DNA of 61,361 nt from NCBI GenBank assembly GCA_944387495.1, contig CALXFD010000006.1, positions 1 to 61,361 of the forward strand, read 5' to 3'. Each line of letters begins with the position of its first letter. The first letter of the stretch is position 1. The notes under the pieces were generated by a model. The model made no database searches, had not been told where the DNA came from, and saw only the letters and a list, made by a program, of their open reading frames with translations. Both the position numbers and the translations under genes were made by a program. This document shows, piece after piece, positions 1 through 8,977 of this stretch. The DNA is from an uncultured Clostridia bacterium (GTDB lineage Bacteria; Bacillota; Clostridia; TANB77; CAG-508).

Positions 1-3000
1 TCAATTTCTCCTTTTAATGCTAATACTGTTACTGGTTCATTTATTTCTTGTCCTATTGTTTTTTCGTTCCAGATTTCGTCTACTCCTATTCCTTCGTCTT
101 TTGGCGTTATTTTTCTTGCATTGATGTCTGTTGTTGTGTACAATTTTAGGTTATCTGTATTTAGATTTCCACTTTCATTTGTTTGAGTTACCTTTACATC
201 TTTTAATACATATGTTCCGTTATATGCTGTGTTTCTTCCGTCTCCGTTATATGGTAGGATATCTAGTAACTGAAAATCTGGCGTTGAATTTTCTGTTTTG
301 TTTTCATATGTTACTTTATATTTAATTTCTCCATTGTTTTCTATTATTGGTGTTTCTACTTCTTTGTATAACCTATGACTTGTTAAATTTACTACTTTTA
401 GCTCTGTTTCTGATGTTCTTAATTCTAATGCTGTTAATCCTATTTTTTCTCTATCTGGCTCTATTACTGATGTTATTTTTAATGTTGTCTCGTTTGCTGT
501 GTCCGGGTCTATTTCTGCTTGGAATGTTAATGGTTCTATTTCTTCTCCCACATTACAGTTATATTTTTCCCAGATTAATGTTGTTGTTCCATCTTCATTT
601 GTTATTCTTTCTACTGGCTCTCCATAGTTTGCACTTCCAGCTACATATGTTAATTCTTTTGGTAATGTTTCTTTTACCCTTATTGTCGCTCCTTTTACAT
701 TTGTTGGTTTTTTGCTATCTATTTCTTCAAGTTTTGGTTCTACTTTTAAAGTTACTGTATTTTCATTGTTTCCTAAATCATAACTTGCTTTTTCTTCTTG
801 TGTTTCTGGATTTATTCCTTTTGCTGATATACTGCTTTCTGCTTGTACTACTAAAACTGTGTTTCCGCGATATATATTTTTTGTACCTTCTATTGTATTT
901 CCTTCTTTATCATACTTTGTCTTTATATATTGATAATTTTTTGATGACCAAACTGCCTCTGGATACTTTGCATCAGGATTCATTGCCGTTTGTGTTGTTC
1001 TATCTAATGATACTGTCCAATAATCATCATCTTGCGTTATTCCATATGTTTTTCCTATTTGTGCTGTTTCTTTTACTTTCATTCTTATCATTATGTACTG
1101 ACTTCCCCAACTCTGTGACAAATTTAAGATTCCGCCTTGTGTTTCAAAATACATACCAACACATATGTATCCTTCTGGAATATCTTGTAATGTATCATAC
1201 ATATTTAAGTCCTGTATTTTTGTATTATTTCTTTCTGCTTCATCTATCCAATTTGTACCGTCCTTTTTTGTTACATACCATATTCTCCATGTTAATTCAT
1301 CTGTTGCAAAATGTGCTTTTTCTCCATCATCGTATAAAATTGGTTCTAATCCGTCTCTATCGAATTTTACAAGTTTATTTATGCTTTTTATCTCTGTACC
1401 TATATCATTGCTACCTGTTTGCACTATAGCTAATTTGAATTGAAATTTATGATTTGGAGTCATTGGAACTGATCCATAACTTGCTTCAATTAGATTCTTT
1501 TCATCTGTAGAAGCCTCTATATAGTGATTATAGTCTCCTTTTTTCACTATGTAATGTTGTGTTTCTATGTTATCATCATGGGACATAAGTTGGTTTGTAA
1601 CTTCTTTATTTGATAAGGTATTTATTTTCATGTTATTATCTTCTACTGTTAAATAATATGTTTTATTTTCATTTGTTGTTTCTTTATTATCTGGCACAAA
1701 TATTTGAGCATATCCAACACTAAAGCATGCTATATTTTCTGTATATTTTACCTTGTCATATTGACTATACCAATCATCATATTTAGGAAATTTTCCATTG
1801 AATTTATACTCATTAATAGTTGTATGTATTATACTACCTTCTTGTTCCATAAAAACATTTCCTGAATTATATACAGCTCCATCTTCTCTATAATCTCTTT
1901 CGATTCCATATGGTGCAATGTGACTATTGTATGCACTCATTTCTGCAAAAAACATATTTCTATCTGGTATATTTCCATATGTTGGATTTTCTTGTCCACT
2001 TCCTACATTTATTCTGTAATTCCATAGTTTTGGTGTCGCCAAGTCTGTTATATCTGTTCTGACTTTTTCTCCATCTATTGTTTCTTCTGTTTCTAATTTT
2101 GTTTCTATATCAAATGTTATATCTCCTTTTGGATATTCTAATCCTTTTAGTCCTTTATTCTCATCTTGGTTATATAATTGTAAAATAATAGCATATCCAT
2201 ACATTCTTCCTTTTACATCGCCATTTTCATCATTAAAATCTACATTTGTTTTTACTTGGCAATTAGTATTTTGTACAAGTTTTATATTAAATCCTGGTTT
2301 TGCTGATACTCTTACCTTCTCTCCCACATCTTTAAACTCTACTGCTTCATATCCTTCATTTTCCTTATTATTTTCATTTCCTTTCATCCATACTTTAAAT
2401 TCTGGGTCTATTATCGAACCATTTCCTGCTCCATCTATATCTAAAACTAATGATAATGTTTGTTTACCTGGTACTGTTACTTGGTCTTTATTCATCGTAT
2501 ATTCTGCTGTTAATGTTAGTCCATCTTCACTTAAATTTCCTGTTTCTTTTGCCCATGTCATATCTTCTAGTGACCATTTCATTAAGTCTTTGTATTCTTC
2601 TGGTAGTTTTGCCTCTATACAGATTGTTCCACCTCTGAATTTATTGTATTTTTGGGCATCCTCACTTCCATGAGATGTATTATTTACTGCCATGTTTACT
2701 TCTACTGTCCAGGTTACTTTGTCAAATGAACGCACTACTTCATTGTCTGCTGATGAGTCATTTCCTGGTTCATCATCTGCATCAAAACCTTCTGTTCCTG
2801 TTATTCTATTTACTACACTTGCAGAGCTTACTATTGCCGTATCATCTGTTAATTCTGCTGAGCCATCTTCATATACTTCTACTTCGGCATTTTGGGCTTT
2901 TCCTGCTATTGTGTTTATTATTTTTTCTCTCATTTCTTGGTTTGTTGCCATTACTGCTGTTATTGCTAGCAACACTAATATGACAAATATTGTCAACACT

Positions 3001-3071
3001 TTACGCTTTGTTGATATATTTGCCTTTTTTTCTCCCATTTTTACTTTCTCATTTTTCTTTTGACTTTTCAT
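1..3071 (-). CDS. Large secreted/cell-surface protein (adhesin-like, beta-rich), partial; 3' end runs off the window
   Basis: Not in the ORF track because no stop lies in the window. ATG at 3071 after AGGAGA RBS: MKSQKKNEKVKMGEKKANISTKRKVLTIFVILVLLAITAVMA (hydrophobic signal/anchor), then FDADDEPGNDSSADNEVVRSFDKVTWTVEV. Frame spot-checked open at ~1450 and at position 3 (>1020 aa). The Leu/Phe-rich + strand ORFs here are its shadow. Confidence 0.8.
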   Translation of the reverse strand, partial: MKSQKKNEKVKMGEKKANISTKRKVLTIFVILVLLAITAVMATNQEMREKIINTIAGKAQNAEVEVYEDGSAELTDDTAIVSSASVVNRITGTEGFDADDEPGNDSSADNEVVRSFDKVTWTVEVNMAVNNTSHGSEDAQKYNKFRGGTICIEAKLPEEYKDLMKWSLEDMTWAKETGNLSEDGLTLTAEYTMNKDQVTVPGKQTLSLVLDIDGAGNGSIIDPEFKVWMKGNENNKENEGYEAVEFKDVGEKVRVSAKPGFNIKLVQNTNCQVKTNVDFNDENGDVKGRMYGYAIILQLYNQDENKGLKGLEYPKGDITFDIETKLETEETIDGEKVRTDITDLATPKLWNYRINVGSGQENPTYGNIPDRNMFFAEMSAYNSHIAPYGIERDYREDGAVYNSGNVFMEQEGSIIHTTINEYKFNGKFPKYDDWYSQYDKVKYTENIACFSVGYAQIFVPDNKETTNENKTYYLTVEDNNMKINTLSNKEVTNQLMSHDDNIETQHYIVKKGDYNHYIEASTDEKNLIEASYGSVPMTPNHKFQFKLAIVQTGSNDIGTEIKSINKLVKFDRDGLEPILYDDGEKAHFATDELTWRIWYVTKKDGTNWIDEAERNNTKIQDLNMYDTLQDIPEGYICVGMYFETQGGILNLSQSWGSQYIMIRMKVKETAQIGKTYGITQDDDYWTVSLDRTTQTAMNPDAKYPEAVWSSKNYQYIKTKYDKEGNTIEGTKNIYRGNTVLVVQAESSISAKGINPETQEEKASYDLGNNENTVTLKVEPKLEEIDSKKPTNVKGATIRVKETLPKELTYVAGSANYGEPVERITNEDGTTTLIWEKYNCNVGEEIEPLTFQAEIDPDTANETTLKITSVIEPDREKIGLTALELRTSETELKVVNLTSHRLYKEVETPIIENNGEIKYKVTYENKTENSTPDFQLLDILPYNGDGRNTAYNGTYVLKDVKVTQTNESGNLNTDNLKLYTTTDINARKITPKDEGIGVDEIWNEKTIGQEINEPVTVLALKGEI

Positions 3072-3406
3072 GCTGTTTCTTCTCCTTTTTTAAAGTTTTT
3101 TCCTTGTTTTTATTTTAATTTATATGTAGATACTTGTAAATGGCAGTTTTTTGCATTTTTTCGACGTGTCTTTTTTTGTGCTACGGCTCTGCATTTTTTG
3201 CGTTTTGTTCGAATATTTTACATTTACATGACATTTTATGTACGTTTTTTGGCATTTTTTTGTTTTTTTCTAGGGAAATAAGTATTTTGCGGTCTTTTGG
3301 AGTTTTATATTATTTTTCTTTTTTATATTGTTTTCTATATGTTTAAACTATTATATATTTGCATTAAATTCTTTTTCTTTTCATATATTTTTATGAGGTG
3401 TTTTAA

Positions 3407-4444
3407 TTGTTTATAAAATCTTTTAAAATTAACAAAAAAATTTTTATATCAATTATAATTATATTAGTTGTGATTATAACATCTGTAACTGTATTTTTTT
3501 CTTTTGCTGATGATGAAAATTCTGATTCGAAGAAAGATTATATAAAATGGGTTGATTTTAATGTTACAAACGAAGCTTTGTCTTTAACTGCTAAGCTTGA
3601 TATTGAGTCACATAATAATAATTCTGCTATTAAATATAATTGGCTCGAATTGCTTGCATATCTTGCTTGCAAAAATGGTGGGGATTTTAAAAATTTTTCC
3701 TCTTCTGATTTAGATAAATTAGTAAATGAATTAAATTCTGGTAAAACTATTTCTGATTTAACAAGTACTATGAAGTTTTATGATTATTATTATGAAAGCT
3801 ATTCTGCTGTTTTATCTGGTTTTATTGGCAATTATTCTATTGAGGTTCAAAAAGAAGATGGCTCAAGAGTTATGGAAAATAGATATGGAATTAAAGCATT
3901 TTTGCCTATTGCAAAAAATTATGCATTTAGTCATTATGATGATTTTGGAAATTCTAGGTCTTATGGTTTTAAAAGAGTTCATCTAGGTAATGATTTAATG
4001 GGAAGTATTGGAACTCCTATAATCGCTGTTGAATCTGGGATAGTAGAACATCTTGGTTGGAATCAATATGGTGGCTGGCGTGTTGGTGTAAGAAGTTATG
4101 ATGGTAAAAGATATTATTATTATGCACACCTTAGAAAAAATCATCCTTATGCAGAAGGTATTGAAAAAGGCTCTCATGTAAAGGCTGGTGATGTAATTGG
4201 CTATCTTGGTATGACTGGTTATAGTGTGAAAGAAAATGTGAATAATATTAATGTACCTCATTTACATTTTGGCATGCAACTTATTTTTGATGAATCACAG
4301 ATAGATAGTCCTAATGAAATTTGGATTGATGTTTACCAAATTGTTGAATTTTTGAAGAAAAATAGGTCAGAGGTTTATATGAGTAATAAGGAAAGTAAAG
4401 ATTATAGTAGAAAATTTGATTTTATAGACGGAATTTCAGAATAA
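3407..4444 (+). CDS. M23 family metallopeptidase, N-terminal membrane anchor
   Basis: HLGNDL (HxxxD), YYYAHL and PHLHFG (HxH) M23 motifs; N-terminal TM; TTG start after GAGGTG. Confidence 0.9.
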   Translation: MFIKSFKINKKIFISIIIILVVIITSVTVFFSFADDENSDSKKDYIKWVDFNVTNEALSLTAKLDIESHNNNSAIKYNWLELLAYLACKNGGDFKNFSSSDLDKLVNELNSGKTISDLTSTMKFYDYYYESYSAVLSGFIGNYSIEVQKEDGSRVMENRYGIKAFLPIAKNYAFSHYDDFGNSRSYGFKRVHLGNDLMGSIGTPIIAVESGIVEHLGWNQYGGWRVGVRSYDGKRYYYYAHLRKNHPYAEGIEKGSHVKAGDVIGYLGMTGYSVKENVNNINVPHLHFGMQLIFDESQIDSPNEIWIDVYQIVEFLKKNRSEVYMSNKESKDYSRKFDFIDGISE

Positions 4445-4452
4445 ATTAAAAT

Positions 4453-4481
4453 TTGCATTTTTTTCCATTTAGTGGTATAAT
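4453..4481 (+). promoter_or_regulatory. Sigma-A type promoter with extended -10
   Basis: TTGCAT-17 bp-TATAAT with TG one base upstream of -10; precedes the small ORF at 4515. Confidence 0.7.
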
Positions 4482-4514
4482 AGAATTTACATAATCAAAG
4501 GAGGAGGCACTAAT

Positions 4515-4682
4515 ATGAAAGAATATGTTGAAAAAATGACAAAAAATGAGGGAATTGGGAAAACTGTACGGTTTTTAACCGATGAAGAATTCTCAGATAA
4601 GGAACTTACAGAGTTAGAAGATTGCAAATTCCTTAGAATGGGAATTCCATATTTATCTGCTATTATAGCAGCAAGTCGTTAA
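4515..4682 (+). CDS. Small hypothetical protein (55 aa if CGG is read as Arg)
   Basis: Strong RBS AAAGGAGGAGG, ATG 4515, MKEYVEKMTKNEGIGKTVRFLTDEEFSDKELTELEDCKFLRMGIPYLSAIIAASR*; own promoter and terminator. Codon 19 is CGG. Confidence 0.65.
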   Translation: MKEYVEKMTKNEGIGKTVRFLTDEEFSDKELTELEDCKFLRMGIPYLSAIIAASR

Positions 4683-4692
4683 TAGTCATTTT

Positions 4693-4732
4693 ACCCATGA
4701 ATGTAGTTCTTACATTCATGGGTTTTCTTTTT
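4693..4732 (+). terminator. Rho-independent terminator
   Basis: ACCCATGAATGTA-gttct-TACATTCATGGGT followed by T-tract. Confidence 0.8.
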
Positions 4733-4846
4733 TAGTTTAATATTTTATAAATTAATATTTACAATCTTTTTATTTTTTGACCATATATTTATCTACTACA
4801 TTCAAATTGCTATTTCTTATTTTTACATATTAATATTTATTAATTT

Positions 4847-5983
4847 TTATTTTTTCCCTAAATTAATATTGAATGTTTTATTTACTTTACCTCTTGTTAC
4901 ACTTAAAGCTACTGTGTCCCCTGATTTTTTTGTGTATATATATTTTCGCAAATCATTCATCGTGTTTAATTCAGTATCATCAATTTTAGTTATTATATCT
5001 CCTTCTTTTAATCCAGTATTATCTGCTGAACCATTTTTTGTTATTTGAGCTATATATATTCCTTTATCAAAATCTATATTATTTGTTTTGTTCAAATATG
5101 GTATTACTTCTTTGTCATATGCATATATTCCTATGGTTGCTTCTTGAAAATCTCCTGTTTGTTTATAGCTTTCAATTATTGGTTTTACTATATTTATTGG
5201 TATTGCAAAACCTATTCCCTCTGCTGATGATATTTTTACTGTGTTAATTCCAATAACCTCTCCATTTGGGTATATTAGTGGTCCTCCACTATTTCCTGGA
5301 TTTATTGTAGCATCTGTTTGTATTAAGTCTGTCATATATGATTGTTTATTTTCCTCTTCTAGTTTTATTGTTCTATTTTTTGCACTTATTATTCCAGATG
5401 TAACTGTTCTTCTGAATTCAAATCCTATTGGATTTCCTATTGCATATACAGTTTCTCCAACTTTTATATTATCAGAATTTCCAAGTTCAACATATTTTAA
5501 ATCTTTTGCATTTATTTTTACAATTGATAAGTCTAAATCACTATCACTCCACATTACTGTTCCATCATAATTTCTTCCGTTTTCTAGTGTGATGTAGCAT
5601 TTGCTATATTTACTTCCTGTAACATGTTCATTACTTAAAATATAGCCATCACTTGTTACAATAATTCCAGTACCTAGACCTAGTTCACTTTCGTCACTAT
5701 TAGAAAAAATAGATGAACCTGTATTTTTTAGTTTTGATATTCCTACAATTTTTTCAGTTGTTTCTTCTATTACATCTGCCACTTTTTTACTGTTTTCTTC
5801 TACATTTTCCACAGTTTGTTCTTGTGTTGTGGATTGTGTTTTTTGTGTTTTATAATTTTGTGGTTCTATTTCTATGTTTTGATATGTAGTGTATAAATAA
5901 AATCCAAAAATCCAGGCTAGTAATAAAATAATAAATGTGAGAATAACTTTTTTGAGATTTGACATTTTCTTTTTTCTTTTCAA
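4847..5983 (-). CDS. htrA: HtrA/DegP-like trypsin serine protease with PDZ domain
   Basis: SNEHV, DLSIVKI, TDATINPGNSGGPL catalytic motifs; C-terminal PDZ (GLKEGDIITKID); N-terminal TM. Confidence 0.92.
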   Translation of the reverse strand: MKRKKKMSNLKKVILTFIILLLAWIFGFYLYTTYQNIEIEPQNYKTQKTQSTTQEQTVENVEENSKKVADVIEETTEKIVGISKLKNTGSSIFSNSDESELGLGTGIIVTSDGYILSNEHVTGSKYSKCYITLENGRNYDGTVMWSDSDLDLSIVKINAKDLKYVELGNSDNIKVGETVYAIGNPIGFEFRRTVTSGIISAKNRTIKLEEENKQSYMTDLIQTDATINPGNSGGPLIYPNGEVIGINTVKISSAEGIGFAIPINIVKPIIESYKQTGDFQEATIGIYAYDKEVIPYLNKTNNIDFDKGIYIAQITKNGSADNTGLKEGDIITKIDDTELNTMNDLRKYIYTKKSGDTVALSVTRGKVNKTFNINLGKK

Positions 5984-6069
5984 TCAATTCACCTCAAATA
6001 TATTATTTACACATTTCTAATTTTTAAACTATTTCAAATTGCTATAATTAAAACTTTTGAAAATAACAC

Positions 6070-6103
6070 AAACATTCCTCGCATTTTCATACGAGGAATG
6101 TTT
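6070..6103 (-). terminator. Terminator downstream of the ssb-like gene / DGR cassette
   Basis: AAACATTCCTCG...CGAGGAATGTTT inverted repeat. Confidence 0.65.
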
Positions 6104-6104
6104 T

Positions 6105-6371
6105 TCAATATATTTTTTGAATTTTAGAACATATTAATTCATCTATGTTTAAATCTATGTTATTACAAATCATCCCCTGTAAAAATACTTTTTCTCCAAC
6201 TTTTAAATTTTGATATCCAAAATCTGCCAACTCATTATATGCTTTAACTTGTATTATGCTTTTATTCCTTAGCTCTAATTTAAATATAATTATTGAATAA
6301 TTTTTACTTTTTATTATAAACTTAAATTCTATATTACTTACAATTTTCCCCATAATAAAACATATATTCAT
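6105..6371 (-). CDS. Short single-stranded DNA-binding protein-like OB-fold protein (no acidic tail)
   Basis: MNICFIMGKIV...IQVKAYNELAD...LKVGEKVFLQG matches the SSB pattern (MN.v.l.G.l; v.aw..lAe...l.kG..V.v.G); only 88 aa; AGGAG RBS. Confidence 0.7.
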   Translation of the reverse strand: MNICFIMGKIVSNIEFKFIIKSKNYSIIIFKLELRNKSIIQVKAYNELADFGYQNLKVGEKVFLQGMICNNIDLNIDELICSKIQKIY

Positions 6372-6570
6372 ATAATTTTTACTCCTTTATATTTTAATAA
6401 AAAATATATATTCAATATCATTATTTACTAATATATTTTTTACTGTTTCTTTTTTACCTTTATAACCCTATACTTAAAAGTCTAGCATTACAGGAAGGAA
6501 TAAATCCCTTTAATATCTAATATTTCATTGTATATTTTCCTTAAAAAATATAATCTAGAATAATATTAGA

Positions 6571-6700
6571 GCTGACCTAAAACCGATGTTATCGTTGCTG
6601 TTAGAAGGTGTATTGTTGTTACGATTAGAAGCTGGATTGTTCTCACCTGAATTGTTGTAATTGCCACCTCGATTAACTCGATTAGTGCTATTGTAAGCTT
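6571..6700 (-). repeat. DGR template repeat (TR)
   Basis: 130-bp ungapped match to 8991-9120; 22 mismatches, all at A on the minus (sense) strand of this copy; rich in AAC/AAT triplets; non-coding position downstream of RT. Confidence 0.96.
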
Positions 6701-6744
6701 TTTAATTTATCCCTAATGTTACTTTTTTATTTATTATTTTATAT

Positions 6745-7755
6745 CTATTCTATATAAAATAATCTATTTTCTAAATTATACGTATCTGCATATTTTATAT
6801 ATCCCATATGACCTGCTAGATATATTCTTGCTTCTTTACTTGTCATATTTCCTAGATATACTTGTTTTTCTAAATATTTTACTTTTTTCTTCAATCTTCT
6901 TTTTCCTTTATCTCTTAATTTCATTCTATATGCATTTATTTTATATCCACAAAAATTAACGCCCTGTTTACTTTTAAATATTTGTGTTTTTTTATTTAAT
7001 TCTAATTCCAGTTCTTTCTGCAAGTATTCTCGTATCTTATTTAGAATATCTTTTGCTTCTTTTTTGGTTTTAGTAAATAATATACTATCATCTAAATATC
7101 TACAATAATATTTCACATGTAATTTATGTTTTATGTATTGGTCTATTTCATTTAAGTATATATTTGCAAACATTTGTGATGTATAATTTCCTATTTCTAA
7201 TCCTTTTTCTCTTTTTTGTGAATATAGTATTTCTTTTATTAACCATAGCAAATCTTTATCTTTTATTTTTCTTTGTAATATTTTAAGTAACATATTTTTG
7301 TTTATATTATCAAAATATTTTGCTATATCCATTTTTAATATATAGTATTCATTCCATTTATTGTTAAGGTGTTTCATTGTATTTTTTACATATAATGCTG
7401 ATTTATGCATTCCTTTATTTTCTATACACGCAAATGATGTGTTTATAAATTGTGGTACAAATGCTGGTTTTAGAAAATTATCTACTAGCCATCTATGTAC
7501 TATTCTATCTATATATCTCGATTTTTCAATTTTTCTTAGTTTAGGCTCTGTTACATAAAATACTGTATATCCTCCATGTTTATATGTTTTCGTTTCTAAT
7601 TTTTCTAGAAGCCACATTATATATTCTTCTTGTTTTAAGTTAAATAATATTATTTCTTTTCTATATCCTTTTCCTTTTCTTGACTTTTTATGTGCTTCCA
7701 ATAGTTTTTCATATGTTAAATTATCATAATATTTATTTCTTATTGTTTTTGGCAT
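6745..7755 (-). CDS. DGR reverse transcriptase
   Basis: LKMDIAKYFDNI, GLEIGNYTSQMFANIYL (DGR-type GxxxSQ), YCRYLDD catalytic motif, FCGY; 336 aa, no maturase/endonuclease extension. Confidence 0.95.
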   Translation of the reverse strand: MPKTIRNKYYDNLTYEKLLEAHKKSRKGKGYRKEIILFNLKQEEYIMWLLEKLETKTYKHGGYTVFYVTEPKLRKIEKSRYIDRIVHRWLVDNFLKPAFVPQFINTSFACIENKGMHKSALYVKNTMKHLNNKWNEYYILKMDIAKYFDNINKNMLLKILQRKIKDKDLLWLIKEILYSQKREKGLEIGNYTSQMFANIYLNEIDQYIKHKLHVKYYCRYLDDSILFTKTKKEAKDILNKIREYLQKELELELNKKTQIFKSKQGVNFCGYKINAYRMKLRDKGKRRLKKKVKYLEKQVYLGNMTSKEARIYLAGHMGYIKYADTYNLENRLFYIE

Positions 7756-8125
7756 AATATTTAAACAATCCTCCTAATATTTGTCCCATTTCTGATATAT
7801 ATCTTATAGATACATTAAATTTTTTGTTGTCTATATATCTATTCTTATACATTACTCTTAAATAACATCTTTGTATATTTAATAATGCATCGATTTTGTT
7901 TAAATATGTAATCCAATTTACTACATGCATTTTTTGTATATACATTATATTCTCTAATAACTGATACATCATTTTTTTGTATTCATTCCCTATATTAAAT
8001 TTTTCTATTCTTGGTAATTTATTTATCATTTCTATTGAATATTGTATATATTCTTCACATTTCGGTATTAATTGTAATCTGTTTTTTTCTGTTTCCCTTT
8101 TATCATTTATTTCTTCATTTTTCAT
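7733..8125 (-). CDS. avd: DGR accessory variability determinant (Avd-like four-helix bundle)
   Basis: 130 aa basic helical protein with LPRIEKFNIG and EMGQILGGL motifs typical of Avd; overlaps the RT start. Confidence 0.88.
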   Translation of the reverse strand: MKNEEINDKRETEKNRLQLIPKCEEYIQYSIEMINKLPRIEKFNIGNEYKKMMYQLLENIMYIQKMHVVNWITYLNKIDALLNIQRCYLRVMYKNRYIDNKKFNVSIRYISEMGQILGGLFKYYAKNNKK

Positions 8126-8676
8126 AATTTTATTTCACCTTTTATATATTTATCTAATAACTTATCTATAAAGTCTTTTATTAATAATGCATGTATTTGT
8201 TCTGCTTTTGATATTTTATTTGTTTCTATTGTTGTTACTATATTATTATTTTCAAATTCTTTTATTTTTTCTTGTTCATATTCTTCTTTATTCATATTTT
8301 GTCTTTTTTGTATTCTTTTATTATATTTGCAATTTTCACAGTCTTTTTTTAGTATTTCTTTATTGTTTTTTCCTATATCATTTCTTTTTATTTCTATATA
8401 TTTTTCTTCTATGCTTAAATTGTCTCCCTTGATGTATTGATATACTATATATTTATATCCTTTATTTTTTAATATTTGTAACGTAGCTTCTAATTTTTCC
8501 TTTGGTATTCCTATTTTACATATACCAGTTTTAAAACATATCTTAAAAACATTTAATTCCCTTTCTAATATTAGTGCATCATTTCCTATTGCTTGATAAA
8601 ATACTCCGCATTTTATTAGTATTACATATTCTAAATTTTCATTTTGTAATTTTTCTACTACATTTTCAAATTTCAT
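8122..8676 (-). CDS. MutS domain I-like DGR accessory protein
   Basis: YVILIKCGVFYQAIGNDALILERELN...KIGIP...LKNKGY resembles the MutS mismatch-binding domain I (GxFY...DA...L...G.P); start chosen at ATG 8676 after GGAGGA; CENC motif and charged tail. Confidence 0.75.
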   Translation of the reverse strand: MKFENVVEKLQNENLEYVILIKCGVFYQAIGNDALILERELNVFKICFKTGICKIGIPKEKLEATLQILKNKGYKYIVYQYIKGDNLSIEEKYIEIKRNDIGKNNKEILKKDCENCKYNKRIQKRQNMNKEEYEQEKIKEFENNNIVTTIETNKISKAEQIHALLIKDFIDKLLDKYIKGEIKL

Positions 8677-8977
8677 ATTTCCTCCATTCTGGTATACATA
8701 ATTTTTGAATTTTAAACACAAAAAAATGATATACCACGCTAGTGGTATACCACGCTAGTGACTTCAAAAAATTCTTCCAGGTTTACCAACCCGTAATAAT
8801 TTTTTGAAATTATTATCTTGTTATACTATTATCATCTTTTTTGATTCTCTACTTTTCATAATCTTCTACTCTTTCTGATTTTTGGAAAGATAATAATAGA
8901 GCTCTTATTTTAATTTGTACATTTTAAATGTTTTTATTTGCATAATCTGATTAACTACTTTTTCCCAGCGTTCAGTC

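Noticed and set aside
131..3346. Several Leu/Phe-rich + strand ORFs (e.g. 347-1429) and similar ORFs opposite other genes throughout the window
   Set aside because: Antisense shadows of A-rich minus-strand genes; no RBS or motifs.
3955..4370. AGG as an additional shift-prone codon
   Set aside because: In-frame AGG occurs in intact frames (M23 peptidase, response regulator, pilin) without a frame change.
6745..7755. RT as group II intron, retron or Abi RT
   Set aside because: Short RT with GxxxSQ motif, adjacent avd and a TR/VR pair identify a DGR.
8945..8977. BPP-1-style GC hairpin immediately downstream of VR
   Set aside because: Only a weak CTGA/TCAG pairing is visible; not convincing.
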